Positions 52,737-62,210 of a DNA stretch of 64,000 nucleotides are shown piece by piece (the stretch's first letter is position 1; each line of letters starts with the position of its first letter). The notes beneath the pieces are model-generated. The model worked only from the letters and a program-made list of their open reading frames with translations, was not told the DNA's origin and ran no database searches. The stretch spans positions 34,166-98,165 of the forward strand of contig OMVV01000004.1 of the NCBI GenBank assembly GCA_900314585.1, read 5' to 3'. The DNA is from an uncultured Erysipelotrichaceae bacterium (lineage in GTDB: Bacteria > Bacillota_I > Bacilli_A > RFN20 > CAG-826). The translations under genes and the position numbers were made by a program.

Positions 52737-53711
52737 ATGCAGGTTTTAGATATTGTTTTAAATATATTGTCTAGTGGTTTGCCTTGTGCGCTTCTAGCCT
52801 TAGGTATCTTTTTAACATATCGACTTTTAGATTTTGCCGATTTAACCGCTGAAGGATCATTCCTTGTTGGTATGGCTGTAAGCGGAGTACTTATTTATAA
52901 CGAAGTTAATCCTTGGCTTGCAACGCTAGTTTCTCTATTTGCTGGTGCAGGATGTGGAATTGTTACGGGTGTTCTTAACCGCGTGTTAAAAATCCCGAAA
53001 TTATTAAGTGGAATTATCACGATGACCGCCTCAATGTCGATTGTTTTAATCATTTTGGGTGCCGCTCATGATATTCCAAACTTCTTCAATTCCCAATTAT
53101 CCTTCACTAATATCGTTAAAGGTAGCGGACCACAAACAATTTATTCGCTCCTTCAACCATATGATTATCAATTAGGAGTGTTTATTGCTCCTTGGAGCAA
53201 CATTATTAAAGTTGCCATTATGCTTTTGGTTGTTGTTGTAGCGATGGGCCTTATCTATTTCTTCTTCGGAACCGAATATGGAATGGCAATTAGAGCAACT
53301 GGCATGAACGAAAAAATGGCGACTGCTCAAGGTATTAATCCTGATATCGCAACGATCGTTGGAGTCGCAATTTCTAATGCTTTAATCGCTTTAGCAGGCT
53401 CACTATATGTCCAAGAAACCAAAACTGTATCCACCGTTTCTGCGACCGGATATTTAGTTGTTGGTTTAGCTTCCATCTTAATTGGTGAAGCAATATTTGG
53501 TAAACGTAGTTTCAAGAACTGGTTAATTTCCGTTGCTTTAGGCTCAGTTGTTTACTTCATTATCATCACCATTGCGATTCGTCTTGGATTACCAACCGAA
53601 CTTCAAAAACTTCTCTATGCGATTTTAATTACAATCGCCTTATGTCTACCTCTTCTTAAAATGAAGTTATCTTCTTTCAAAAAGAAGAAAGATAAGGAGG
53701 CCACCTTATGA
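52737..53711 (+). CDS. ABC transporter permease (COG4120, BPD_transp_2 type)
   Basis: ~9 TM segments. LALGIFLTYRLLDFADLTAEGSF N-terminal signature of the family. Confidence 0.85.
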   Translation: MQVLDIVLNILSSGLPCALLALGIFLTYRLLDFADLTAEGSFLVGMAVSGVLIYNEVNPWLATLVSLFAGAGCGIVTGVLNRVLKIPKLLSGIITMTASMSIVLIILGAAHDIPNFFNSQLSFTNIVKGSGPQTIYSLLQPYDYQLGVFIAPWSNIIKVAIMLLVVVVAMGLIYFFFGTEYGMAIRATGMNEKMATAQGINPDIATIVGVAISNALIALAGSLYVQETKTVSTVSATGYLVVGLASILIGEAIFGKRSFKNWLISVALGSVVYFIIITIAIRLGLPTELQKLLYAILITIALCLPLLKMKLSSFKKKKDKEATL

Positions 53712-54772
53712 TTGAATTAAAAAATGTCACTAAAGTATTTAACTTAACTGGCAACGAACTCGATCGTAGAGTGGCGTTAGACCATGTTAATTTAACAATC
53801 AATGATGGTGAATTCGTCACGATTATTGGTTCAAACGGTTCAGGTAAATCCACCACAATGAACATTATTTCTGGTTCACTTTTCCCTGATGAAGGAAGAG
53901 TTATTCTTTCAGGTATGGACATTACCGATATGAAAGAACATCAAAGAGCAAAATATTTCGGTCGTGTGTTCCAAGATCCAATGATGGGCACCACCGCTGA
54001 AATGTCTTGTTTAGAGAACCTTGAAATTGCTTATCGACGTGGCAAATTCCACTCTCCAATCAAATGGGGCTTCTCCAATAATATAGTAAAACTATATTAC
54101 AAGCGACTTTTATCCGAATTTTCTCTCGGCTTAGAAGATCGACTTAACCAAAAGGTTGGAGTTATGTCTGGAGGTCAAAGACAGGCCTTAACTCTTCTTA
54201 TGGCAGCGACTGATCCTCGACTCGACACCAAAGCTGAATTCATTAAGATGTATCTTGATGTTCATACTGGTGAACTTAGAGCAAAGATCACTAAAGACAC
54301 ACCAAAAGAAGAAAAACAAAGAATTCGTAAAGAAATTCAACAAATTAGAAGCAAAGGCCGCAAAGTCACTGAAGCTTTCTATGATGAACGCTTAGAAGAA
54401 TACAAAAAAGCGTTAGCCGTAGCGAAGAATGATGATGAAAAATTAGATGCCTACATTGCCTTTGGCAATGCTCTTCACGAATACAATCAAGATAGACGTA
54501 TTCTTCTTCTTGATGAACACACTGCTGCACTTGATCCAAAAACCGCTAAAAAGGTCTTGGATTTAACAGATAAGATTGTTCGTGATAACAAATTAACAAC
54601 ATTTATGATTACCCATAATATGCGTGACGCAATTACTTATGGTGATCGACTCATCATGTTCCATAGCGGACACATCATTTATGATGTTCGTGGCGAAGAA
54701 AAGAAAAAGCTCACCGTTGAAAAGTTATTAAAACTATTCAATGAAGCTGATGAACTTGCGGAACTTGATTAA
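53708..54772 (+). CDS. ABC transporter ATP-binding protein (COG1101 type) with a large internal insertion
   Basis: Walker A GSNGSGKST, Q-loop RVFQDP, signature MSGGQRQ (res 152-158), Walker B ILLLDE (res 265-270), H-loop ITHN. About 95 extra residues lie between the signature and Walker B. Confidence 0.9.
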   Translation: MIELKNVTKVFNLTGNELDRRVALDHVNLTINDGEFVTIIGSNGSGKSTTMNIISGSLFPDEGRVILSGMDITDMKEHQRAKYFGRVFQDPMMGTTAEMSCLENLEIAYRRGKFHSPIKWGFSNNIVKLYYKRLLSEFSLGLEDRLNQKVGVMSGGQRQALTLLMAATDPRLDTKAEFIKMYLDVHTGELRAKITKDTPKEEKQRIRKEIQQIRSKGRKVTEAFYDERLEEYKKALAVAKNDDEKLDAYIAFGNALHEYNQDRRILLLDEHTAALDPKTAKKVLDLTDKIVRDNKLTTFMITHNMRDAITYGDRLIMFHSGHIIYDVRGEEKKKLTVEKLLKLFNEADELAELD

Positions 54773-54787
54773 AAAGTAGATTTATTA

Positions 54788-54825
54788 AAATAAATGGATG
54801 TCAATTCTGGCATCCATTTTTATTT
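54788..54825. terminator. Bidirectional intrinsic terminator between convergent operons
   Basis: AAATGGATG-10 nt-CATCCATTT with flanking A and T runs. Overlaps the mnmA stop. Confidence 0.7.
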
Positions 54826-55950
54826 ATCAATTCGTTCATTATCGCGGTAAACTTCGTCAATTGTTCCACTACCAATCATTAAACCGTCCTTATTATAGAA
54901 GACAGCCTCTTGACCAGGCGTTACCGCTTTAAAATAGTCGTAAGTTACAATGATTTCGTTATCTTTTTTATCAATTACGGCCGGATGATCTGGTTGACGA
55001 TATCTAAATTTAACCCCTACTTTCTGAGGGAATTTTTCGTCTTTATTAATAAAATTAAGTTTACGAACAATGCATTTATTGGACATTAAATACTTTTGGG
55101 TATCACCTCTAGTGACGTAAAGAATATTCTTTTTAGCATCTTTTTTAACGATGAACCAACCAGAAGCAGTTTCGCCAGAAATACCGCCGATACCTAAACC
55201 CTTATGTTGACCAATTGTGTAATAGTAAACACCTTTATGTGTGCCAATGATTTTGCCAGTATCAATATCTATGATATTGCCTTTTTGAGCAGGTATGTAA
55301 TTTTGTAAGAATTCTTTGAAATTACGTTCACCGATGAAACACACTCCAGTTGAGTCTTTCTTATCCATTACAGATTCAAGATTAAGTTCATGAGCAATCT
55401 TACGAACTTCATCTTTTTTGATATCACCGAGTGGGAATAAACACGCTTTAATTTGTTCTTCATTGATTTGTGACAAGAAATACGTTTGATCTTTTGATGT
55501 ATCCGCACATTTAGAAAGATAAAAATGTCCGCAATATTCCACTCTTTTTGTATAATGGCCCATTGCAATCATTTCAAATCCATTTTTCTTGGCAAAATCT
55601 AAAAATGCATCGAATTTAATAAATTTATTGCATAAAATATCTGGATTTGGGGTTCTTCCACATTCATACTCTGATAAGAAGAATGAGAAAACGTGATCCC
55701 AATATTCCTTGATAAAATCCACTCTTAATAAAGGAATACCAAGTTTTTCAGCAACTTTAATTGCGTCTTGATAATCTTTTTCTTGGGGACAGCGATCATC
55801 ATTAATGGTTGGATTACCTAAATAATCACCATTTGCCATCGCATCCCAGTTACGCATAAAACAGCCGCTAACTTCATAACCTTGCTTTTTAAGCAAATAA
55901 GCAGCAACTGCGCTATCAACCCCACCACTTAATCCAACTAATACTTTCAT
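54820..55950 (-). CDS. mnmA: tRNA-specific 2-thiouridylase MnmA
   Basis: PP-loop GLSGGVDSAV and catalytic Cys residues (the C..KF region and the VCFIGE region). Confidence 0.95.
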   Translation of the reverse strand: MKVLVGLSGGVDSAVAAYLLKKQGYEVSGCFMRNWDAMANGDYLGNPTINDDRCPQEKDYQDAIKVAEKLGIPLLRVDFIKEYWDHVFSFFLSEYECGRTPNPDILCNKFIKFDAFLDFAKKNGFEMIAMGHYTKRVEYCGHFYLSKCADTSKDQTYFLSQINEEQIKACLFPLGDIKKDEVRKIAHELNLESVMDKKDSTGVCFIGERNFKEFLQNYIPAQKGNIIDIDTGKIIGTHKGVYYYTIGQHKGLGIGGISGETASGWFIVKKDAKKNILYVTRGDTQKYLMSNKCIVRKLNFINKDEKFPQKVGVKFRYRQPDHPAVIDKKDNEIIVTYDYFKAVTPGQEAVFYNKDGLMIGSGTIDEVYRDNERIDK

Positions 55951-56399
55951 GAGAATAATTCCTCTGAATCTAAAAGGGTGGTAAATGGACCTTTATTAAT
56001 AAGGTTAATACGCATATCAGCACCAAAGATGCCCTTTTCAACGTGATAGCCTTCATTTGTTAGGCATTTGTTGAAATATTCATATAGTTCATTGGCCTTT
56101 TTAGGCTCCATAGCGTTAACAAAGCTTGGTCTACGACCATCTTTAAGTGAAGCGTATAATGTGAACTGAGAAATTGATAATATTTCCCCATTAACGTCTT
56201 TCAAAGAAAGATTGGTTTTGCCGTTTTCATCATCAAAGACTCGCATAGTGATAAGTTTTTTCGCCATCTTCTCTACTATTTCTTCGTTATCGCTGTGACA
56301 AAAACCAACCAACACAACAAAACCGTGGGATATTTCTCCCACGATTTTATTATTTACTTCACAAGAAGCTTTTAATGAATTTTGAACAACAAGTCTCAT
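55947..56399 (-). CDS. dtd: D-aminoacyl-tRNA deacylase
   Basis: MRLVVQ N-terminus, SQFTLYA, GPFT motifs. ~150 aa. Confidence 0.9.
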   Translation of the reverse strand: MRLVVQNSLKASCEVNNKIVGEISHGFVVLVGFCHSDNEEIVEKMAKKLITMRVFDDENGKTNLSLKDVNGEILSISQFTLYASLKDGRRPSFVNAMEPKKANELYEYFNKCLTNEGYHVEKGIFGADMRINLINKGPFTTLLDSEELFS

Positions 56400-56401
56400 T
56401 A

Positions 56402-57703
56402 TTAACGAATATAATCGTGAACGGTTGGAGGAACCTTGACAAATTCATCGACAATGACGAAGGCTTCTTTAATATCCTTCATAACTTCAGCATATTCATC
56501 CTTGTTGGTGTAGGCTGTGCATAATAAATCGCCAACATTGACCTTATCGCCAACCTTCTTAGCAAGAACGATACCTGCTGACATATCGATAACATCATCA
56601 AATGTTTCTCTACCAGCACCTAAACGCATAGCGTTTTCACCGATGCGAAGGGCTTCAATTTGTTTGACATATCCAGCTTTTGAGGCTCTGATTTCAACAA
56701 CGTTTTTAGAAACTTCGAACTTCTCTGGATGATCAATATAGGAAACGTCACCGCCTTGGGCTTTGACCATTTCTTTAAATTTATTAAAGGCAGAACCATC
56801 TTCAATAACTTTATGAAGCATCTTGAGAGCTTCTTCTTCGTTTTTAGCAATCTTAGCTTGTTCAAGCATAATTGCACCAGAACGTAGGCAAAGTTCAGTG
56901 AAGTCTTTTGGTCCTTTGCCATGTAATGTGGCAATAGCTTCTTTAACTTCAAGAGAGTTACCAACGGCGAATCCGAGTGGTTGATCCATATCAGTTAGGA
57001 CCGCTCTTGTATCACGGCCTAAAGCATTACCAATCTTACACATAATTGTTGCTAAGTGTTTGGCAGATTCAATATCTTTCATGAAAGCGCCATTACCGAA
57101 CTTAACATCAAGTAAAATACAATGCGATCCACTAGCGAGCTTCTTAGACATAACACTAGAAGCAATTAATGGAGTTGACTCAACAGTACCAGTAACGTCT
57201 CTTAAAGCATAGAGTTTCTTATCAGCTGGAACTAAAGTTCCAGTTTGACCAACAACAGCGATACCAATATCGTTGACTTGTTTTAAGAAATGTTCTTCGC
57301 TAACAAAGACATTTAATCCTGGAATTGATTCGAGTTTGTCTAAAGTACCACCAGTGTGGCCTAAGCCTCGACCAGACATCTTAGCTAAGACAGCGCCGCA
57401 AGCAGCGACCATAGGTCCAAGAGCTAATGTTGTCTTATCACCGACACCACCAGTTGAGTGTTTGTCGACTGTAACACCTTTAACGGAAGATAAATCCATA
57501 ACATCGCCACTATGTTCCATTAAATCGGTTAAAGTAACGATTTCTCGATCAGACATTCCTTTAAAAAGGATTGCCATAAGTAAAGCGGACACTTGGTAGT
57601 CAGGAATCTTTCCTTCGACATAACCTTTGACAAAGAATTCGATTTCTTTATCACTTAATTCGTGTCCATCACGTTTTTTTGTAATAACATCAACCATTCG
57701 CAT
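56402..57703 (-). CDS. pdp: Pyrimidine-nucleoside (thymidine) phosphorylase
   Basis: MRMVDVITKKRDGHELS..EI..F N-terminus as in Bacillus Pdp. DKHSTGGVGD and SGRGLGHTGGT motifs. The ATG at 57703 is preceded by GAGG. Confidence 0.9.
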   Translation of the reverse strand: MRMVDVITKKRDGHELSDKEIEFFVKGYVEGKIPDYQVSALLMAILFKGMSDREIVTLTDLMEHSGDVMDLSSVKGVTVDKHSTGGVGDKTTLALGPMVAACGAVLAKMSGRGLGHTGGTLDKLESIPGLNVFVSEEHFLKQVNDIGIAVVGQTGTLVPADKKLYALRDVTGTVESTPLIASSVMSKKLASGSHCILLDVKFGNGAFMKDIESAKHLATIMCKIGNALGRDTRAVLTDMDQPLGFAVGNSLEVKEAIATLHGKGPKDFTELCLRSGAIMLEQAKIAKNEEEALKMLHKVIEDGSAFNKFKEMVKAQGGDVSYIDHPEKFEVSKNVVEIRASKAGYVKQIEALRIGENAMRLGAGRETFDDVIDMSAGIVLAKKVGDKVNVGDLLCTAYTNKDEYAEVMKDIKEAFVIVDEFVKVPPTVHDYIR

Positions 57704-57784
57704 AATAAAATACCTCATTGTAATTTTAGCATATTGGCAAAGTTGATTAAATCAAAAATATCAATATTGTGTTACACTATTAAC

Positions 57785-59062
57785 ATGGACTTTAAAACTC
57801 ATTTAAAGAAATATCTTCCTGATGCAGAAATTGAACAATTAATTGCTTCATTTTCACACAAAGAACAAAAAGGTTTTTATTTAAATTTAAATAAAATAGA
57901 TGAAGAATCTCTTTTAAAGTTGTTCCCAAATATTAAAAGACATCCACTTGTTAAAAATGGTTATCTTTTTGATCAAGACGAGTATCAATTGGGAAAAAAG
58001 ATATATCATGAACAAGGACTTTATTATATTCAAGATCCTTCTGCAATGCTTGTTGCCCATTTTCTAAATCCTCAAAAGGAAATGAAGATTTTAGATATGT
58101 GCGCTGCTCCTGGCGGAAAAAGCGTAATGACTTCTTTGTTAATGCAAGATAGCGGCCTACTTTTATCCAACGATTTATCCTCTTCACGTACAAATGTTCT
58201 TCTTCAAAATGTTGAGCGCATGGGTTTAGGAAATGTTGTCGTTACTTCCTATGATTTATCGAAGTTTAAAAATGAGCTTATTGAACAATTTGATGGTGTG
58301 ATTTTAGACGCCCCATGTTCAGGCTCAGGAATGTTTAGAAAACAAGAGGAAATGAAAGCGGATTGGACATATGAAAAAGTCCTTAAAAATGCTGCGATCC
58401 AAAAGGAGTTAATCCTACTAGCTTATTCCTTCTTAAAACCTGGTGGAACCCTATTATATTCAACCTGTTCATATTCTTATGAAGAAGACGAAGAAGTTAT
58501 AGAACATTTATTATCAAAAAGCGATGCAAAACTCGAATATATTGATGAATTTGCAGGATTTTATCGAAGTGAAAAATATCCGCAAACCATCCACTTATTC
58601 CCTCATAAATTCTCTGGCGAAGGTCACTACATTGCTAAGATCAAAAAACCTGGTAATTTGGTAATAATTCCTGATAAAAAGATTGAAGTAATTCGCACCA
58701 AAGAAGGTAAAGGAAAATCACGACAAATTGAAGTCTATTCTTTAAACAAAAATCTACCAAAAAAGATTATTGATTTTGCTCTTAGACCAGGTCTATTATT
58801 AGGAAGCAAAATTGATGATAAATTTATCCCAAGTCACCACTACTCACACTACGTAAATAGTGAAAATTCAATCCCACTTAACAAAGAAGAAACAATTAAA
58901 TTTATTAAGGGTGAAACGTTAAATATTCAAAGAAAAAATGGATACGCCTTCGTCTCCTTTAACGGGAATAACTTAGGCAATATCCATTTAGTGAATAATG
59001 TCGGTAAGAATCTTTATCCTAAAGGATTAAGAAAGACCCTTAGCGTCGATGATAGTTTCTAA
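57785..59062 (+). CDS. NOL1/NOP2/Sun-family RNA m5C methyltransferase (RsmF/YebU-like)
   Basis: SAM motif LDMCAAPGGKS, DAPCSGSG, TCS catalytic Cys pair, C-terminal PUA-like domain. ATG at 57785. The track's 41 upstream codons look non-coding. Confidence 0.8.
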   Translation: MDFKTHLKKYLPDAEIEQLIASFSHKEQKGFYLNLNKIDEESLLKLFPNIKRHPLVKNGYLFDQDEYQLGKKIYHEQGLYYIQDPSAMLVAHFLNPQKEMKILDMCAAPGGKSVMTSLLMQDSGLLLSNDLSSSRTNVLLQNVERMGLGNVVVTSYDLSKFKNELIEQFDGVILDAPCSGSGMFRKQEEMKADWTYEKVLKNAAIQKELILLAYSFLKPGGTLLYSTCSYSYEEDEEVIEHLLSKSDAKLEYIDEFAGFYRSEKYPQTIHLFPHKFSGEGHYIAKIKKPGNLVIIPDKKIEVIRTKEGKGKSRQIEVYSLNKNLPKKIIDFALRPGLLLGSKIDDKFIPSHHYSHYVNSENSIPLNKEETIKFIKGETLNIQRKNGYAFVSFNGNNLGNIHLVNNVGKNLYPKGLRKTLSVDDSF

Positions 59063-59851
59063 AGCCTTACGCTTTTTAGATAATTTTTCTTTATAAACAT
59101 ATTCAGCGTCTAACTTACGAATTCGATTAATATCTTTATCGAATTCTTTTCTAAGTTTAGCGGCCTCATCGTTTGTATCAAAATTTTCTAATAAGCCATA
59201 ATCGATGATTTCACGGTAATTTAGATAAGCCGGATATTTCTTTAGATATGAATTTTTAGTCAAAATGCGGCTTGTTCCATAAATTGTAACAGGAACAACT
59301 GGCACACCAGCCATCTTGCTGATCTTAAGTGTTCCTGCATGGAATGGTAAACAATCATTTTGAGGAGATTTATTTCTAGTTCCTTCGATATAAACGACTA
59401 AATTTGGTTTATTCTCATCTTTTAGATGAGCAACTATATCGCGGATCTGACTGATTTGATTCATAAGATTTTCTCGATCGAGTGAAAATCCTTCTAAAGC
59501 ATATAAGCAATTACCAATAATTGGGAAGTCAAAAGCTTCCTTTTTAGAGATAAACGTAATTGGATCTTCATGATTAGCAATCATAACAAGTGGATCAGCG
59601 TCAGAGTGATGATTTGATACGATCAAACATTTGCCCTTTAGATTCTTATAATTTTCAAAGCCAGTAATCTGATAATCAACATGGAAGTGTTTTAAAACCT
59701 TTAAAACCATTCTGCGAATCGTTTTATAACGATATTCAAATGTGAATTTTTGAGGATTACGGGCAAATTTTCTTAAATAGCGAAAATTATAATAGAGCAA
59801 TATCACTCCAGCGGTTAAACCAATTCGAATGTAACTAATAATCTTTCTCAT
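59027..59851 (-). CDS. plsC: 1-acyl-sn-glycerol-3-phosphate acyltransferase
   Basis: N-terminal TM, HX4D motif (NHHSDADP), EGTR motif. Confidence 0.8.
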   Translation of the reverse strand: MRKIISYIRIGLTAGVILLYYNFRYLRKFARNPQKFTFEYRYKTIRRMVLKVLKHFHVDYQITGFENYKNLKGKCLIVSNHHSDADPLVMIANHEDPITFISKKEAFDFPIIGNCLYALEGFSLDRENLMNQISQIRDIVAHLKDENKPNLVVYIEGTRNKSPQNDCLPFHAGTLKISKMAGVPVVPVTIYGTSRILTKNSYLKKYPAYLNYREIIDYGLLENFDTNDEAAKLRKEFDKDINRIRKLDAEYVYKEKLSKKRKALETIIDAKGLS

Positions 59852-59852
59852 A

Positions 59853-60110
59853 TTAATTCTTAATAACTATCAATTGTTCAACAATAACGTGAATGCCGTT
59901 AGCTTCGTCGCTATCAATTCTACCACGAATCGCTACTAATGCGCCTTCTTTTAAACTGGTTAAGGCACAGCAAGCATCGTTTGTCCAATATTTGCAAAGA
60001 ATTTGTAAATTATTGGAACTATCGACTGATTCGGGTCTTGCTACTTCAAGGATACGCATATTATCAGTATGCATGCCCCGAAGTTTTCCGACGAAAGTAA
60101 CTATATTCAT
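59853..60110 (-). CDS. Small OB-fold, SSB-like protein (85 aa) lacking a C-terminal tail
   Basis: NIVTFVGKL.....R..E......(gap)..L.I.C.W....C..L..LKEGALVAIRGRI follows the SSB OB-fold strand pattern. Strong GGAGG RBS. One nt separates its stop from the plsC ATG. Confidence 0.6.
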   Translation of the reverse strand: MNIVTFVGKLRGMHTDNMRILEVARPESVDSSNNLQILCKYWTNDACCALTSLKEGALVAIRGRIDSDEANGIHVIVEQLIVIKN

Positions 60111-60132
60111 ATAGCTACCTCCTTCCTAAGTG

Positions 60133-62208
60133 TTATTCTTCTTTAAAGATTGAACACTTATGTGCAGATAAGCCTAGTTCTTTTAAAACTATCTTTTCCG
60201 TGTCGGTCTTTGCTTTGTATGGTCCATATAAGTGATATGAGCCATATTTTTCTTCATTAAGTATCGCTGGCGATGGGCCAATGTTAATTAAAATATGGTA
60301 AACTCCATTGCTTTTTAAAGCGATATCGATAATTGTTTCTATATTATCGAAAGAAATGTTTGGGTTAACTTCAGTTGGATTCTCAAGTTTAAATAATGGG
60401 ATTGATTTACGGATCTTAACATAGTTACGTAACGCATTAACAAGGTCAATTCTTTCATCCATAACATCGTAATCAAACGAGTTATAGTAATCGCCTAAAT
60501 TATAGGTGTTAGATTGACCAAATTTGCTTTGACCAAATTCTTGTCCCATATGAATGAAGGTGATACCTGGAGATAGAAGAAGAACTTTGTTAAACAATTT
60601 AACGTATTTAACTAAATCGTCTTCATTTGTTAACGTATCAAGTATTGAGTCCGCAAGGGTGGAATTATCATGGCACTCAACAAAGTTGAGAGATTGAGCA
60701 TAACTATCAAATAATATTGGATAAATCGTGCGTTCGGTTCCGCATTTATAAATAAATTTGAAACCTTCCATGAAGTTCGGATTTCCCATCAAGAATCCAC
60801 TTTCGTTAAGTTCAGATTTGTCCCCAATTCCCTTTAAGATATTGCGATATCGATCATTAAAAAAGGCAACGCGAGGAAGAAGATGGAAGTTGTCCATATT
60901 AGCAAATGTATCTGTAAATCTTGAAACCGGATACATGTTCCAACCCTCTCCATAAATCATCAAATCTGGTTTTAATTCATGGAGCATCTTCTCGGCTTGT
61001 TTAATTGTTTCTAGATCGATCAAACCCATCAAATCGAAGCGATAGCCATCGATATCATAGGTTTTAAGCAAAAATCTCAGCGAATCAAGGATAATTTTCC
61101 TTGCCATTGGTCTTTCAGAGGCAAAATCATTGCCACATCCAGAATGGTTCGCTAATTTGTGATTTTCAAACCTAAAGAAATAATTTGGGGTGATTTTGTT
61201 GAGCGAAAAACGGTCGAGTTGATAAACGTGGTTATAAACGACGTCTAAGTTCACTCTTAAACCTAGTTTATGCGCACAAGAAACAAGTTTCTTAAATTCT
61301 TTCATTCTTGAATACGGATCTTCTGGAGAAGTTGAATATGATCCTTCAAGAGCGAAGAAATTAAGTGGGTCGTAACCCCAGTTATATTGCTCAGGCTTAG
61401 TATCATCAACAGAAGCAAAATCAAGCACTGGCAATAATTGAATGTGAGTTACGCCTAATGAAGCAATATAATCGATTCCAGCTATATTTCCGCCTTTAGA
61501 GGTCACTCCACGCTCGGTTAAGCCTAGATATTTCCCCTTATACTTAAAACTTGCACTCTCCGAAATCGAAATATCGCGCACACTTGTCTCATAAATAATT
61601 GCCTCAACATAGGAATTTAGTTTCGGCAAGCATTCATCAAACATATCAATATTTAACTTTTCTAAATTGATAACTGCGCTTTTAAGGGAGTTTGTATTAG
61701 TTGATTTAGCATATGGATCAGTGGCGATAACTTCTTTATCATTAATGATAAGTTTATAATCGTAAAGCTCACCATCTAAATCGCCATCAACGATCGTACG
61801 GTAAATGCCGTGTTCGGTTCTTTTTAGAGGAATTTCTTTATCTTGGATTCGTAAAATTACTGAACTTGCTAGTGGCGCCCATAAGACAAATTTTGTGTAT
61901 GCTTTGTAATAGGTCGCTCCTAAATCGTTTTCAAAATAGGAATAATGGAAATCAAATCGATCAAAGTTAATCGCGTTTGAGACATCAATAGTGAACTCTT
62001 TATCATCAACTTTTAAAAAGAAACGATGACCTAGAACTTCTTTTTTATAGAAGAATCGATATAAATATCGATTTGAATGAACTGATTCTAGATTATAAGC
62101 AACATTTTCTTCCCCGACAAAAAGATCGAATTTTGGGGGACGAGAAAACGATGAAGAAGTCACTTCAAACGTTTCCCAAGACATCATTCTTGCTTTTAAT
62201 ATCGCCAT
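60133..62208 (-). CDS. Type I pullulanase / GH13 debranching enzyme, no signal peptide
   Basis: YNWGYDP signature, GH13 catalytic regions (GYRFDLMG, YGEGW, ECHDN). N-terminus lacks a signal or lipobox sequence. The ATG lies 2 nt after the ftsK stop. Confidence 0.85.
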   Translation of the reverse strand: MAILKARMMSWETFEVTSSSFSRPPKFDLFVGEENVAYNLESVHSNRYLYRFFYKKEVLGHRFFLKVDDKEFTIDVSNAINFDRFDFHYSYFENDLGATYYKAYTKFVLWAPLASSVILRIQDKEIPLKRTEHGIYRTIVDGDLDGELYDYKLIINDKEVIATDPYAKSTNTNSLKSAVINLEKLNIDMFDECLPKLNSYVEAIIYETSVRDISISESASFKYKGKYLGLTERGVTSKGGNIAGIDYIASLGVTHIQLLPVLDFASVDDTKPEQYNWGYDPLNFFALEGSYSTSPEDPYSRMKEFKKLVSCAHKLGLRVNLDVVYNHVYQLDRFSLNKITPNYFFRFENHKLANHSGCGNDFASERPMARKIILDSLRFLLKTYDIDGYRFDLMGLIDLETIKQAEKMLHELKPDLMIYGEGWNMYPVSRFTDTFANMDNFHLLPRVAFFNDRYRNILKGIGDKSELNESGFLMGNPNFMEGFKFIYKCGTERTIYPILFDSYAQSLNFVECHDNSTLADSILDTLTNEDDLVKYVKLFNKVLLLSPGITFIHMGQEFGQSKFGQSNTYNLGDYYNSFDYDVMDERIDLVNALRNYVKIRKSIPLFKLENPTEVNPNISFDNIETIIDIALKSNGVYHILINIGPSPAILNEEKYGSYHLYGPYKAKTDTEKIVLKELGLSAHKCSIFKEE

Positions 62209-62210
62209 AA

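Noticed and set aside
57662-57784. N-terminal extensions in the ORF track (for example 57662-57784 of the methyltransferase, 1228-1299, 44029-45339 beyond 45300, 26346-28112 beyond 28070)
   Set aside because: The longest-ORF starts overlap upstream genes or lack an RBS. Internal ATGs with an RBS and orthologous N-termini are preferred.
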